From contig OX597822.1 in assembly GCA_951406725.2 (NCBI GenBank), positions 82,150,001-82,214,000 on the forward strand: DNA of 64,000 nt. Direction: 5' to 3'. A model generated the notes under the pieces. It saw only the letters and a list, made by a program, of their open reading frames with translations, was not told where the DNA came from and did not search any database. The position numbers and the translations under genes were made by a program. Source of the stretch: Octopus vulgaris (taxonomy: Eukaryota). Of the stretch, positions 61,149 through 64,000 are shown piece by piece (positions within the stretch are counted from its first letter, which is position 1; every line of letters starts with the position of its first letter).

Positions 61149-61236
61149 ACAGTGACTTCGAAATCTTGGCCAGTTAAGCCATCATCAGACTGCAGTCTGA
61201 TGATGGAATCACTGGCCAAAACTTCCAGTCATAGTC
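61149..61236. ncRNA. Head-to-head pair of degenerate hammerhead motifs
   Basis: Perfect 28-nt palindrome ccaTCATCAGactgcagtCTGATGAtgg (61179-61206). Each strand continues GCC-(G>A)AAAC/AAGAT-TTC..A-GTC. Confidence 0.55.
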
Positions 61237-62099
61237 AACAAGATAATTATTAAAGAATAATGAATTTGGACTCTACAAAAGTATAGAGTGACCCATCAGG
61301 TTAATGTAAAATTGTTTCTATTATCACTGAACACAAAAACAAACATTAACATATGTTGGAAAGCAGAGCATTTTCCAATTGAAGATATAGAGGATTCATT
61401 GGACGCAATATGAGGTGACTGTTGTTATCATTAGGCCTAACTCATCATAAAGTAAATACCACCATGAACACTAGGCAAGCTGCAGTGGAAAAGGCAAGAC
61501 ACTGGCTTTGGTTAAAAAGAGATGATGAATGATGGCTGGAAGTATATTGAGCTTTATTTGGTAACCAGTTGATCTAGCAAGTGGGGCCTCATATCAGTGA
61601 GTGGGGTGCCGGTGTGCAATGATGCCATTGAGAGGTAGGCCCCAAAATGGCGTGCATTCTCTCCTAATGACCCCATACATTTGCTGGATTCCACTATGTG
61701 GAGTTCTCGACTGGTAGCACTTGAATGTACAAGTTGTTTGCAAAACATGTGTTTGTGTGTATACTATATGCTTCTTTCAGTTCCCATCCACCAAATCCAT
61801 TTACTAAGCTTTGGTGCTATAGAAGAAGACACATACCCAAGATGCCATACAATGGGACTGAACCCAAGATCACATATTTTGGAAGCAAGCTTCTTAACCA
61901 CACAGCCACACCTATAAAGAGTGTGTCATTAAATATCGAAATGGGTAGGTGTCAAGAAGGGCATCTAGCCATATCAGACTGGAACCTGGTCCAGCTTTCC
62001 CAGCCTATCAGATCTGGTCAAACCATCCAACCCATGCCAATTTCTGAAATTTTTTTATGGGTTATATATGAATACACACACAAAATAGATGTATACAGA

Positions 62100-62463
62100 T
62101 TTCAGCCCTTGGACTGCAGCTATGCTGCAACACCTCATTGAAGGGTTTTAGCCAAACAAATCAACCCAGGTACTTATATACTTGTTTTAAGACTGGTATT
62201 TATTCTATCAATCTATTTTGCCAAACTGCTAAGTTATGGGAATGGAAACAAACCAACAATGACATACATGCATAAACATATGTACATATATATATATATG
62301 ACAGGCTTTTCAGAGTTTCCATCAACCAAATTCATTCCCAATGCATTGCTCATCCTGGGGTTATAATAGAAGCTACTTGCCCTAAGAGCTGTTTAATGGG
62401 ACTGAACCTGATACCACATGGTCACAAAGTGAGCTTCTCAACCACACAGCCTTACCAGCACCT
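62100..62463 (-). mobile_element. SINE family A, diverged
   Basis: Collinear with the reverse complement of family A. Confidence 0.7.
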
Positions 62464-63195
62464 ATGTTGAGATATTTCTACATTTTTCTATTTATCGCTT
62501 TATGGCCGAATCACTTCAAAAGGAATCAAAGACTTATTCAGTGACTAAAATAAGAATTCTTTGATGGACAGAATTCTTCTCCAGAAATCTCTATAAAATG
62601 TTGTTGACTTTTAGCTATCTTGCTTCGACCTTTCGTTGTCATTTCACAACAGACGAAGGCTAAAGGCAATTTTTTTTTTACCCAAGTTTTTAGTTGTTGT
62701 TTATTTTTTAGACCAAGAGACTTTGTTGTATTTCTCCATCAAAAGGACAAAAATATAAAATGACATGATTTAACATAGAAACATTGGTAGACGATGTTGA
62801 GTTATTTAGTCACTTGTCGTCCAGGTATGATAATAAATAAATAATTATAAAGGTAGCAACAGAAAATATCACTGTAACAGGCAATGATGAAGCCAGTATG
62901 TAGTTTCATGACCTACAAGAAATAACAGCCAAATCCCCCTTGAATCACATCCCGATCAAGAACCTACTGGATGATGTACTTCTAAATACACTGTTTGACA
63001 ACACAAACAAAAATACACTATGTGATTGCACCAGTACAACTGCATCTCTGTACTTATTTACTCATGTCTAAAATGGCCAAAAAGATATCATAAGCACATG
63101 AAAGTGAAAGGGCAATAACATGGTTATATATTTGTGATGAGCAATGGAAGCAGTTTTAGTTCAGAACAGTAATCTGTATATCTTATTATCGACAT

Positions 63196-63351
63196 ACTGT
63201 AAGAAAGTCACAAAACAGTGGGTTTTGTCTTGAGAAAGCATCTCATATAGATGTAAAGTATTAAAAAAGTTCTGTGTATTTTTAGCACTATACATCTATA
63301 CAAGATGCTGTCTTGAGACAAATACTCCAGTTCTGTGGCTTTCTTGCAGTA
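63196..63351. repeat. Imperfect fold-back (MITE-like); related half at about 52940-53068
   Basis: tactgtaagaaagtcacaaaac..aagcatctcatatagatgtaaagtattaaaaa / tttttagcactatacatctatacaagatgct..gttctgtggctttcttgcagta. Confidence 0.65.
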
Positions 63352-64000
63352 TCTCTACATTTAGTAAGATACACAGATTGCCGTAACCATGCATAGTCTA
63401 ATGATATTTCAGAATAAAATTCCTTCCTCAGATATCCCTAGGAATTGATGGAGTCACTGCTATAATCAGTTTTCTAACAACTTTTCTTTTTTTCTTTGCG
63501 GAAGAGTCTCAGCATTGATCTCACGAATCTCTTTCCAGAATTCCTCATGAGAAGTGCGTGAGGTCAGCTATGTCTCAATCTCATGTGTGCTGGCAAATCC
63601 ATAGTGCTGCTTCTAAGTTACGCATTATATGTGCAGCTTCCTTTTTTTCGATTCTTTTTTTTTTTTTTTTTTTTTTGTTATAAACAGTATATGAGCATGT
63701 TATCAAAAACGAACCTACATGCATCCAGATGCAGATAAATAATGTATTGATTACCAACCTCCAGCCTGTTGTTAATTTAGGGCTATTCTTTAAAAGACTA
63801 AAACATTTGATAATTTTAAAGAAAAAGACTGAGAATCTGTGATGGTTATGCCTTTCTAAATGATATTATTGATTTAAGGGCAGTGAAATGACTCCAAATA
63901 GAAAAACAAAAACAAGACTGGTCAGCAGCAGATACTTGGATAACTGAGATCAAAACACTGTATTAGGACATCTAACCATTAGAAGGAACTTCTCTATACT

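Overview
AT-rich, microsatellite-dense eukaryotic intronic or intergenic DNA made almost entirely of transposable elements. The SINE and LINE repertoire looks like a cephalopod (octopus) genome, which is an inference. No host protein-coding exon could be supported. Protein-coding elements: (1) a near-full-length RTE-clade LINE (17875-22449; APE endonuclease, RT, and a C4HC3 PHD-type finger embedded in the RT region); (2) a young 5'-truncated CR1-group LINE (39527-41556); (3) remnants of Penelope-like (GIY-YIG), HERO, R4/Dong, RTE, Tigger/pogo and maT elements. Non-coding elements: a solo LTR, a Helentron-type non-autonomous element, and dozens of SINE and RTE-tail copies. The most interesting signal is RNA-level: about a dozen type-I minimal hammerhead-ribozyme (HHR) motifs, some partial, from at least five sequence families. 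One family is fused behind a tRNA-derived Pol III head, forming a tRNA-head + (AAT)n + hammerhead SINE. Twice it is integrated with an inverted copy of its ribozyme tail, the insertion signature of Penelope-like elements (PLEs). All coordinates were read by eye; ends of degraded repeats are approximate.
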